A stretch of DNA of 62,857 bases, filler included, from Polymyxa betae A26-41 (Eukaryota; Protista; Endomyxa: Phytomyxea): NCBI GenBank assembly GCA_003693705.1. It is 5 parts of 5 records of this genome, joined end to end, with 100 filler letters (N's around TTAATTAATTAA, not from the genome) between each part and the next. Parts side by side here need not be neighbours in the genome. Positions count along the whole stretch, not along the records: positions 1 to 29,620 come from RBZT01000105.1; positions 29,721 to 44,932 come from RBZT01000567.1; 3 more parts are not named here. One strand, given 5' to 3'. Positions within the stretch are counted from its first letter, which is position 1. Every line of letters begins with the position of its first letter. This document shows, piece after piece, positions 26,004-37,664 of the stretch. Below the pieces are notes generated by a model that was not told where the DNA came from, searched no databases, and was given only the letters and a program-made list of their open reading frames with translations. A program made the position numbers and the translations under genes.

Positions 26004-27201
26004 ATGTTCGTTCAGACGACGAGGACGACGATCTTGTCCGCGCTCCTCCTGCCTTGGGTCGTACTGGCCGTCGGCACGGATTCCGACCATCCCCTGTTGG
26101 TCTCGGATTCCGACATTCTGACCGATTTGCAGCTGATGCCGACCGACTCCGAAATGCTCATCCACGATATCGATAATGAACAGACACCCATCCTTCAGTA
26201 AGATTTCGTCTGTTACTTTTGACTTTGTAGAATGGCCTAGTAAATTTTCACCGTTTTGGCTCACTTTTTGGCGGTTTTGTGAGTATTTTTGAAATATTTC
26301 GCTCTTTTTTCAATGATTTTGTAAATTATCACAGTTTTGCTGATCTTCATGTTTCTTCTTGCTTATGTCTGTATCGGATCTTTCTTAGAAACTTTTCAGT
26401 GTTCTCCGTCATCTGATTGTAGGGTTTCTGTAGCCTTTGTTAAGGTTAGGGTTTCGCTGAGTCGTCTCTTGCTCACTAACCAATGATATTGGTTTTATAT
26501 TTGTTAGAGAAATCCCGTTTGATCATTCTCATCATTTTAATGGCTCGTCTCCCTTTATCACATTTTCGTTTCCTTTCCAGATTCTGTTACAAATTCTTTG
26601 TTTATAATGCTTCCATCATCTCTAAGAGTATCTGATTTTGGTACTTTTTTTATATTTATCTAAGAACGCCAGTTTGATTATTCGTATTATTTTGTGGTTT
26701 GTTTCCGCTTTATTATATCTTTGTTGTTTTACTATGTTAAAGATTCTTCTGTTTAGAATTGCTTCAATCATCTCGAAACGAATCTGAATTTCGCCTTCTA
26801 GAATCGATCACGATCCTGGTACAGGCGAATCCGTCTTCCAGCGCGACACAACGCTTCTTGATGTGCCCAGCGTGATCTGGATGACGATCGCTTACATGGC
26901 CTATCAATACGTCATCGCTGTCTATCGGAACCCCTACAGCGTTCTCGACCAATCCATCATGTTCTTCAGTCTGGCGGCGCTGCTGGTCTGCGTCGCTCTC
27001 TATCAACGCCGCATTGCTTTAGATCTCCCATCACGTCCTTTGCATGCCGTCATCTGCAGCCTCCTCGCCGTCTTCGTCGCCACCTTCGTCTTCAAACTAT
27101 CCGCCTGCTTGCCATATGCGTTGCAGGTTCTGGCGTGGGCGTTCAGCGCCGGCCTGGTCGTACCGGAATTCTACGCGCTGCTTCATCGCAACCTGGACTG
27201 A
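26004..27201 (+). CDS. Two-exon signal-peptide plus 4-TM protein resembling plant family DUF6490
   Basis: Exons 26004-26197 and 26802-27201 join in frame across a T-rich GTAAG...TAG intron; four hydrophobic helices with IAVYRN, LLVCVALYQR, FKLSACLP, LAWAFS...EFYALL. Confidence 0.65.
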
Positions 27202-28009
27202 GATGCAACATTTGTATCAACAATCGCAGGGATTTTTGTTGCCGTTTTCATTAACAATCTTAACTAATCGAAACCCTAAACCCTATCTGACGATTCAAAA
27301 TCATATTTCGTAATGAAACAGTAGAAAGCATCACAAAAAAATGGTTTTGCGATTATTATTGTTACTGGTTCTGCACTGAGTTTTGCAGCCGACAAAGCGT
27401 CCGCTTCAGAACGAACGTCGTACTGGCCCACAAGATTCGCCGAGCGACGGCTGAAGAATCCGGACCGAGACGGAGCTCCAAATGGCCGCGGTTAGTAACA
27501 GAGATCAAAGAGCCACGAAGAGGTTCGGCAGGGAGGCCGCGTCCGAATCGCCGACCCGACGGGCTGGTTGGTCATGTGACGATTCGGCAGCGCGGCGCGC
27601 CGATAGAGGTCCGTCTTGGATCATCGCGAAGGCCCGCCATCCACCGACCATCACGTCCTAGGGCCAGCACGACGGCGGCATTTACTGCGGGTTATTTTCA
27701 CGCTGCGAAATTGTGAAAAACTGAGCTGATACTATGAGGATCGCCCATACAGCTCGCCGATCGATCATTTGAGTGCGTTTTCGGTACAGTGTCGCGCCCC
27801 AGCTAAAGGAAGGCCGCGCCTCTTCTAAGGCCGCGCCCTAAGATTGCAGCTCCTGATTTTTGTGCTTGCCGTTACAGCACAGTGGTCATTTGCCACGCTA
27901 CCTTTTCTCTTTCATTCTATCTTGAATACATCGGAACGTTGATTCCGCTCAGACTTTCTGTGTGTTAAATCTAGGATTATCTCATACAGGACTGGATCGT
28001 TGTGATCCC

Positions 28010-29141
28010 ATGTCTGCGGCCAACCCCCAGCTGGACGCTTTCGTCCTGAAGGAATCCCCGCTTCTTCAGTATTTCGAAATAGTGGAGTAATCTCGATTGT
28101 TCGATTCTAATCCTTTGGTTATACTGATTCTGTCACCATCAGACCTTCCGGTAGTCCACCAGCAACTGATCGGGATCAGCCCAGACCATCCCCTCACCCG
28201 TATGCAAACAACTTGGTTTCTTCCCTAATTCTGATCTGTCTTTATAGCGTCAGGTCGAAAGCACTGGCCAATGACGGTTATGTTTTATTGTCCGCTGCAC
28301 TAAGCGCTCAACAGCTAGAGGTGTTGGAACCGACATTCCGTCTTCGAACTGAGCTGTCCAAGCTTAATCGACACCAAGGTGATCATCTGCATCTGAACAG
28401 CACATCCCTCTAACCCAAACAAAGGTCTAACTTATTTTAAATCATTTTCAGTTCGCATGCTGCCAAAGGAAGTGCGGGCGGTATTAACAACGCTGTCGCT
28501 TCAACATTTTGAACCGCTGTTCAAATCGGTCTTCCCCTGCCAGACCTACTCATTGGGCGATGATGTAGAGGTAATGTACAAGGCTCCTGGCTGCCCTAAT
28601 CAGGTAGGCACAATACACACTTGTTTGTCTCGCAGCCCTTTCACCTACTATCGATAGATCCCCCATGCAGACAGTTTGTATGCTGAAAATCTCAGGGTTC
28701 TAATGACTCTAAATGATGGGTTCCCATGTACTAGGGTTTTAGAGCGCATACATCAGAAAGGGCCTCCCCTACCTTACGAACCGATTTCGGTAAACTCTGA
28801 GCACCGAATCGGCTGTGAGGCCCAGACTCCACTATTTGGACATGGAAATGGACGTGGAAGCCATTTTACAAGAAGAACGAGAAAATGGCCATATACAATG
28901 GGACAGCTGGGAAAGGTACATGAACTTGATATCATCAATGCAATTAATACGACGAAAATGGGGAATTCATCGTATTCAAGGAAAAAATTATTACCTGACA
29001 CTGCAAGACGTGGCGAAAAACACATTGCCAGCAACCATTAACAGATACATTGCGGATTTCATTGGACCGGGGGAGCTAGACATGATGACCCGCTTCAGCT
29101 GCCTATTGAAAGATCTTTCGTATTCTGTCTTAGGATTTTGA
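28010..29141 (+). pseudogene. Spliced PhyH-like 2OG-Fe(II) dioxygenase gene, damaged near 28790
   Basis: Four introns splice in frame to give LANDGYVLL ... YKAPGCPNQ|IPHADS (HxD). The distal His segment is missing; LSTESAVRPRLHYL continues in another frame. Confidence 0.55.
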
Positions 29142-29464
29142 AAAGGGGTGAGAAAGTAATTATCACCGTCTCTGTATCCCAAATCAGCAGCAACCTGCTC
29201 GCCAGGCGTTAGTTTGGGCACAAGGCAATGGCGCGCCAGACGCCAATCTGGCCATTCTCCAGCTGGCACACCGCCGGCAATGTGTACGATTTTCGAGCAG
29301 CCCAGTGCCACACCTATCTCATAGCGGAGCCCTGCATGCTTAACTTTGTGTGAGTAATCCCCCCGGGCAATAGGTCGCTGTTCTCGAATGTAAAAATCGG
29401 TGCCGTCAATCGACATCGAAGGACGTTTCTGATCCCAATTTTCCCAGCGATCTTCAAATTTTAT
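28991..29464 (-). mobile_element. PIF/Harbinger-type DDE transposase (DDE_Tnp_4-like), partial
   Basis: SIDGTDF, YSHK...GLRYEI, G..PAG.WPD, AADLGY, FN..LK motifs; the final Glu helix is lost near 29080; 5' part runs into the gap. Confidence 0.85.
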
Positions 29465-29620
29465 CTATGTATTTTATTTTAATTCAACGAGTATTTAAAA
29501 AAATATGCGGGTCACTTTGATTTCAACCCTAAAAAAGGGATCTCAACGAGATAAAAATACCCGCAATAAACAAAAATCATTGTGAAAGCCATTCATACCA
29601 AAGAAAGCCCTGCAATTCGC

Positions 29621-29720
29621 NNNNNNNNNNNNNNNNNNNNNNNNNNNNNNNNNNNNNNNNNNNNTTAATTAATTAANNNNNNNNNNNNNNNNNNNNNNNN
29701 NNNNNNNNNNNNNNNNNNNN
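29621..29720. other. Artificial contig linker
   Basis: N44-TTAATTAATTAA-N44 (stops in all six frames). Confidence 0.98.
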
Positions 29721-30948
29721 CTCCGAATTGTTTTGATTTCCTGCAGCTGTACCAGAATAATGCATTAATTCTTTTGTGCGTGGGCTGTAGACCCTGGTCT
29801 GCAGCCTGATTGCAAACGTGATAGATCGCGTCTATCTCCTCTCGCATTCGAATTTGAATCTGATCATATATTCTTCTACTTTGAAAGACTGGATAACAGG
29901 CATACTGGTCTGAATTCACCAGGTTTCGCCTTCGGCAATGGCATTATTCTTGCAGCTTTTGATTGTTTCGGGTAATTTCCACAATGTATGATTTTGTTGT
30001 TGATTGCTGCTAACAGTAATTCGCTTAAACTCTCAACATCCACTGCTGTTTTAATGAGCCGGCAGGAGAGCCCATCCGGGCCTTTGGATGATTTCAGATT
30101 CGCTTTCCTTGTTGCTGGGTCAAGTTCGCGTCTGGTAAATAAGGGTTTTGCTCCTTTTAACATGTTCTAACGCTGCCTCAGCTGTTGTAGGTATTATATC
30201 TTCTTGTCAAAAATATATTTTTTTGCGATCTGGTCACATTCGCCTTCAGCTTAACTCACATGCTCTGTACGCTGAATTGCTTTCTTGTTTAATTTCCGTT
30301 CAAGCTGTTTGAGAATTCGGTAAAGTTCTGCCCCTGTTGGATCTCGGCATGCTTATTTGATTTGCTTGATATTGTATTTTTCTTTGCTTCTTTGAAAAGT
30401 TTTCTAAATTCCTTTTGTGCTACCTTATATACTATTCTCTGATATATTGTTTCTTTTTCCCGCCTTGCTTATTGCTTTTCTGGCTTTGTTCTGTAATCGT
30501 ACTGCCTTCTGTAATTGCGGTGTCCATTCTCTTGTCGGAGGTACTCTGTTTCAGAATTTCGATCATTTGATTTAGCGTTACTTCAGCAAATTGTAATTCG
30601 CTCAATGATTCTGAAATGTTTTTCTTAATTTTCGGGTAATCCATGACTGATGTTATTGGCGCAGGAATCCGCCGCTTCGAAGTGTGCTTCGAAGTCGTTT
30701 CCACTTAAGTTGGATGAATTCGCGGGCGTATCCTTGCAATGTAGCACGTCATCTAACCAAATACAGGCCAGTTCGTCTTCGTTGTCGTCAGCGGCATTGT
30801 CTTCTGATATACTCAGAATCTGCCACCCAAGAACCTTGGCAATTCGCAGCATTTGCAGACCGATCAACTGACTGAGAACGACATACAAGAGAGAGAGAGG
30901 GAAAGAGAGAGAAAGAGAGAGATAGAGAGTGTGTGTGTGAGTGTGTGT

Positions 30949-30993
<45 letters not shown>

Positions 30994-31300
30994 ACAGATG
31001 GGGCGGCTGCGCAAATCTAGTTGACAGGAAGCTCCTTCTTGACAATTGTTTTTAACAATATAATGATTAATAAAATGATCAAGTCCTTTGTGTCTGCCAC
31101 CATTATAACTGCTGTCAACTTGTAGTCATTGAGCAGCGAAACTTCCCTGAAATTTGATATTTCTGTTGAATCTAGCCATGCCAGTCTTGGTTTTTTGTCG
31201 CAACCGAATCTGACCTCAGTTCAGGCCATGAAGATTCCAAATTCCCGCATTTTGTTATTGCAAAAATAATCAGCAAGTATTGTATTATTTTATGCATATT
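29721..31300 (-). mobile_element. Degenerate non-LTR retrotransposon (LINE) ORF2; upstream limit approximate
   Basis: KSSKGPDGL, G.YPK..K.ARIMPLPK, EFRPVCLLSSLSK (RT domains 0-2); many stops and frameshifts. Confidence 0.8.
30888..30989. repeat. Compound (GA)n/(GT)n microsatellite inside the LINE relic
   Basis: Direct inspection. Confidence 0.95.
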
Positions 31301-32588
31301 TGAGCAATAACTTTGGGTTGATTCCGAGATTTTGTACAGTAGGATGTCTGATTATATTCTTGTTAATGTTTAATAAAGAAGTGTGTATCCTTGATACTAT
31401 GGATCATGTCAGTTCTTGCTGCTTGTTTTGTTTACAAAGATGTTGACGACATCCTCAATTCACCGGAAATTGCAGCGAGCAGCATCTGCAGTGTCGACTC
31501 CTACGAATCTACGCTAACACACCCAGTCGGATCGACATGATCCTCATTGAGTTTGATTTTTTTATAGTTTTAGCTTGGAAGCTCCAGATGCTGTAAGATC
31601 AGAGATTGTCTGAAAAAGTGGAATGACCATATCCATAATTCCTGAATTGGAGGGAGGCGTGTCATCCTTGCTCAATATCAGCAACGTTTTCTGAGAAGTA
31701 CTTCATTCCTCGCATTCCAAATGAACTTATTTTGATAAAAACAATGCTGTATATGGGCGATGCAGTCGTCAACATTTCAAAGATGAGACCCAAAGTATGA
31801 TTACAAGATCCCCAAAGGGATTCTGCAAGATCGCTGTTCTTAGTCCTTTGAAGAAACTACAGAGCGTCATCAATGCGGTAGAAGATAAGATCGCCGCATC
31901 GAGCACGATTACGACACAAGTAAGTGCAGGACGAAATGTTGCGCGTGGTCTTCAAAGTTCGGATTCTATGAATGGTCTGTCATGCATGTTCCGATTGTTT
32001 TATCAGCGTATTAACCCAAAACTTAGGTTGCGTTTGCAAGGCAAGGGCAGTTGCCCACTTCATGAACGCCGATAAAAAATACTTTCAAGAGGTGACAAGA
32101 ACCCTGGCTTATCAAGGCTATACAGGCGGAAGGTGAACTCCAGATACTTTGATCATAAAATACATTTTGAGGATTATATGATTATTTTACTGAGCATTGA
32201 CTATCAAATTCGTCAAATTCAGGAATCCGGTCGACAAACAGAAGTAGTTTCCCCACAGTAATAGTCTATCAACCCGGACATAATTGGGTTTTTTACTCAG
32301 TTCCAACTGTCTGATGCATAAAGGGACCTAGAGTATGATCGTCACGAGGATATGGAGCCAGTATCAGTAGTTTGTTATGAAATGAGGCGTATTCGGAAGC
32401 GAATGTGGATCTCTATGGGAATATTACGCCGCAACGATCTATCAGAAATTCGATTGACTGGAAGCCGATCGGTGTTGGCTGTCGCGCACAATCTTCAATA
32501 CGGCGTCTCTCACAAAAATCGATGAATCGCCGAGTTCAAAATAATTCTCGTCTCGGCATGACCTTGATACGACGCCCTCACCAAATCG

Positions 32589-35500
32589 ATGACTTCCTCG
32601 GTTTTCTGCAAGTCGATCGAATTCTGTAAACTGTGTACGCATCCCATTTGTCCAGTACGCCTCCCAGCGTCTCACATTCGTGTCGCAGTTTCTGCTGTCG
32701 AAAACCTGGTCGATGTTCGGCGTCGGTTCCAGGAGCTGGCGGCGCAGCGTCCAGGCCATGCTGTAGATCGGATTGGGTTCATTAAGCTGTTATCGATCGT
32801 CCCGGATTTGGCAGATCATGTCTTTAAACGATTCGATTATTTTCGCCGCAATACCATGGACTATAATAACTTCATCCTCGCTTTGTCTGTCTTCTCCAAC
32901 ACCAAGAATGCCAATAAGGTAGAACGACCAGATTTCTTTGTTTTTTCTTCTTTTGTTTGGGACCTCTGGATACTTTTGGAAATATTCAATCTTATTATTA
33001 TCGAGATGCGAATTGCGTTTTCTAATCGATGGATTGTATTAGATTGATCTTCTTCGGGAAATATTTGTGGATCATGATGATCAGGACATTCATCGTCCCG
33101 AAATCATCCGCATCATCGACTTGATCATCGACGACGCCTGTAACCTGATGGGCGTTAATGTTTACGATACCAAGTATATGATGACTGCCGATCAACGGGT
33201 ATAACCACTGATTTTGTCTTTTTTCATCCAGCTGTACTTTATTGGAGTCTGTTTTTTCAAACATTTTGATGTATTTTCAAAGTTTCTCCAACTAATTATT
33301 TCCGAAAAGGCGAGAGAGATCGCGGATGTCTTAATCGGTGATCAACTGCAAGGGCGTTTCGGCGATTCAATTTCGTTTCATGACCTGTACCATTTGGTAA
33401 CGTAACGTCTAAACACCAGATCGCCAAGTCGTTGACCCGATCTGTAGGTCGATCTGCATCACATATTCGAGGCTGTTCGTGACTTTGTACTGGACACTGC
33501 AATACGTTACAGTAACATGTTACAACGAGGTCCCCTGAAAGCCTTTCAAGCCTCACTTCTGCTAAATCGCCGATCTGATGACATCCCCGGAGCACCAAAT
33601 TGCGCCGCCTACGTTACTGAGTCGTGTCCGGCCAATTTCGGTTGCCTGCATCGTTCCATTTTCCCGGAATTTTGGTAACGTTTTCGATTCGGTTTTCCCA
33701 TTCTTTAAACGTTTTCGCAGTATGAACCATCATCAAGGGGATACGCCCGTGCTTGCTGAACAATCTGAGAAGCCCGACTTAGGGTAACGTTAACTGTTCA
33801 GTTCACGTTACCTGCTGCCTGATGTTTCTGCATTTGCAGGATATCGCCGCATTCGTCGTCGGCTGTATCGTTGGGATCTGAAAACAAGTCCGGACCAGAA
33901 TGCAGCAGTAATATATATCCGGATGACAATAAGGAGACGAATAATGTCGCCATGCAGGGATATGTCTATAAGCAGACGTGGTTTCTGCGGGTAAGATAGG
34001 GTTTAGGGTTTCCTTTTCAAGCTTCAAATACCATCTTCCATTGATTGGATACCGTTTGTAGTGCATTTTTCACATTTACGTTACCAGTCACTGTAACGCT
34101 ATGCTGATCATCATGTCACGTTACTGATATGTGAATAGCGATTAAAACGGCGCTGGATTGTGATTCGTAACAATATGCTTTATTCATTTCATAATGAATT
34201 ATCAACAAAGCCGAATATTGTTCTGGCATTAGCTGGAGCGAAATGTGACCCTGTTGAGGATGAAGACAATCCTTTCACTTCATCCATTCGTGGTAACCAT
34301 AATCATCCACGTTACGCCTTCTATCTGCAGTCCAAACTCACCAATATCTCACGTATCGTATATCTACCTACTGCTGAAAAACGTGATCAATGGGTTCAAA
34401 CCATCCGTATCGCTGCACAAGATTTCCATCTCTCCGTAATACCGTCCCATTACTATTCATATGTCATCCCTTCCACATATTTCGCTTTTGCATGTTCGCG
34501 CTTTGTCTGCCGACAGACTCACCTTGTTTGCAGGTCTTTTATCGTGTTTTTTGGTATTTTGGGGTTCTTTCATCTCTGATTCTTTCTTATCGTCTTTAAA
34601 GGATCACTATCATATGAGCAATGTTGTACATCCATGTCTACCGAATGTATTTGAATGTATTGGTGCACATACTGGACAACGTTACATGATCAAATACATT
34701 GATAAAATCTGTATGTTAGAGATTGCTATAACTGACCTGGTATGCTGATATTATGGTATTTAGTGGTCCAGGAGTCCGATTTACATTCGTTACGTATTGA
34801 GTCTGGTGTGTTACGTTTTGTAGAACATAAGGATATAGCACGTACTGTTGCTCTTTATGAAGATAACAACAAGATCTATATCTTAAGGCATTCTATACCA
34901 AGTAAAAAGTTCAGTTCTATTTCTTTAAATCTTTGGTGAACTGTGCTCTTGTTACGGTCTTAACTTTTGGTAATCATATATATATTGTTTGTTCCTTTTT
35001 TTGTCTATCGGATTTTATTTGCATTATAAATCGCTTTTTCATCTTATCATACTTTGGTGTTCTATGGAGTCTAACTGCTCCTCGTACGCGGCCAGTACAA
35101 CCCATTGCCGATATTGATTTTCAGATTGGATCCGTATGGACGAGATTATCAGGGCTCGTGGTGCCCTGCAGTTGAACAGCGTGGCCTTGATCATGCGTCA
35201 GGTGATCTCAGGACTCACATACCTGCACAGTCAGGGCATGGCCCTTGGGTCAGGGCCAGTACGCCCTCCCACCAACGGGTAATACTAAATCTGTCTGTAG
35301 GGCGTTCGGTCCCGCCAACATCGTCCTACGTATGGACTCGTTGCAGCAGCACTTTGTTCAGATACCATGGGAAACCCTAAAACCCTAGCCACTGACTGAG
35401 TCTCACTTCTGCTCTTTTGAATCTTGTCAGCATTTTCAAAAAAAAAATCGATTTTAACCCTATGCTATGTTCAGATATATATTTGTTTTTATCCGAAGCT

Positions 35501-36092
35501 TTTACAAAGTTGACTGCTGGTTTCTGCAGATGGTTGATATCGGTCTACGGAAGTTCTTTGTATCAACATTAGATAGTGAGACGAGATCTTATATTGCACC
35601 TGAAGTACAAAGTGGAGCTCGTGCGGGTCCGTAAGCTGATATGTGGAGTGTTGGTGCTATCATATATCGTCTATTAACTCCAGGAGCAACACGCTCCGAA
35701 GTTCATGCCGTAACACACTCACTGATTACGTTACTCTAATGTTAACTGTCTGGTTGGTACAGGCGAAACGTGGCAGCTTGGAGCTCAACATTAAACGTGG
35801 CGGCGGGTCGAATGATGTGATCCAGACTGTGAGGCGACTGCTGTCCAAGAATCCGTCACGGCGTTACTGTGCAGCCGATACGTTACACATGAAGTGGATT
35901 GAGGCCGCGGTAGTCGCACCGTTCCGAATGCGATTGCCGCGTCGTGCCCTTTTACCAGAATACCTGCCGCGGTTTCTGCGTGCCGAAACTTTTGTTTCCA
36001 TTCAGCCCATCAGTCCCACGGCCAGTATCACCCAAAGACCTGAAGACGAACAACGACAAGAAGCGGGCGAGGCGTTTGAATGCCAAAGCTAG
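32589..36092 (+). pseudogene. EF-hand + PH + kinase-like gene (CDPK7-like architecture), pseudokinase, copy 1 with lesions; 5' start uncertain
   Basis: EF-hand-like VFKRFDYFRRNTMDYNNFILAL; PH domain QGYVYKQ..KRRWIVIRNNMLY..KRDQWVQTI; kinase GLTYLHSQG, MVDIG, YIAPE, DMWSVG, NPSRR. TAA at 35632 and splice donor GT>AT at 35362 relative to copy 2. Confidence 0.8.
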
Positions 36093-36129
36093 ATAGGAAT
36101 CTCGATCAGAAATAAGACCGTAACGGCGT

Positions 36130-36186
36130 AAACACTGAAGTCAGCCAAAGGTCCCGAATTCGATTCTGGTTCCGGGCGGGTTTTTT
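36130..36186 (+). pseudogene. Degenerate tRNA-like 3' half followed by a T-run
   Basis: ACTGAAG...AAGGTCCCGAATTCGATTCTGGTTCCGGGCG then T6; inverted copy at 43522-43585. Confidence 0.35.
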
Positions 36187-37664
36187 ATTTGTTGCAATTC
36201 AAATTACCTATCATGAAATCCTAGATCTCAATCAACGCTTGCGAAGCCAGTTTTATTGTTGGCAAAGGACCCGCTGCTATGGTTAACTTTGCTGTTTCTG
36301 GTTCAGTGATTGTATGGAGATTACCCCTACGGGCGGTATGAGAGACTTTCTAAATGACTAAATCCCGAACCTGCGTGGCAGCTTGCTGCTTGTTTCACAG
36401 AAGTGGGACTGCCTGCTCTTGATAACTTCTATCAAATATCCAAATTCATACAAATGTGATAAATATTTGTTTTCATTGGGATTTCTTTATCCACTTTAAT
36501 AGAGCCATCGTTTGCGTCTTCGTGAGATCGAAATGTCCCTAGAAACCAATGCTTTAGTTGAGCGATCTTTCAGCAGCCTTGTTGCAGGTCAAACGATAGT
36601 TAAACCAGCAACCGAAACCAACGATTCTGACTGTAATCGCTAAAATCGTGTGCTAAAACGCATTAAGATTTATGACATTGCTGGATGCAATAAAGTGCTC
36701 CCAGAGAGTACGAACGCCACATGCATGACACAATCCAACTGACTGTGAGAGGTTCGTCGTTCTGAATGCTCCAAAAGATCGTCTGATGTTGTTTGCATAG
36801 ATAGCTTGACATACAGAAAGGATAGGGTTATGAAACTTTTGCTGAAACAGCATAAAATCGTGTCAAAAAACAGGGTCTGAATCATAACAAGGTTTATGCG
36901 GATATCTGTGTACTGTTTAAGATAGCGAATATTGCATGGAGATGGCCACGAAATTGGCTGGTTGCTGCCAGTGATTTGTTCCATTTTGCTTATCACCTTG
37001 GTCCGGAAATTCTACGGCCTGGGGAGTTGTACAGCTCCGCCAACTCCGCCAAGTCGACAGAGCCTCTTTGTGAATGTGTGTCTGCTATATCTTGGCGAAC
37101 TCTAGAGGTTGTCGCCTTTACCGTTAAACATGGTACGGGTCCTATGGACAGCACTGGAGCAACGTTACCTCTGGGATTGAACTCCTGATTGATGTTACTG
37201 CTGCTTCGTTACCCCTGGTGTGGTGTCAGAAAGCATTGGTGATGTTGAATGCGCCGCTCCATTCCACAAAAGTCATCAACAAGATAAGGCGACTGATTTG
37301 TTGTATTAACAGACTATAACATCACTGCTAACAGCCAACAAACATGCATTGAATGGACTCGGATGTCATTCATCCGATACCTATTTAAGAGAGTTATCAC
37401 ATCACCTCTATATAATACAGATCATGATCTCATACTGATATAATCATCTGATGATTCCTTTCATCGCCCTTCACAACTCCCCAATCATCACGAGCGTACT
37501 CCCCCCTCACTGATCACGCCAATATTAGCCCACCCCAACACACCCCACTAAACAGCTAACTATAAGGGTACACCAACTAGGTTGGGGGGGGGGGGCGGTA
37601 CGGCCCTCCGATCCGATCGCCGAGCTGATCGTCACATAGCGACGTTCCCTGTCACGAACCAACC

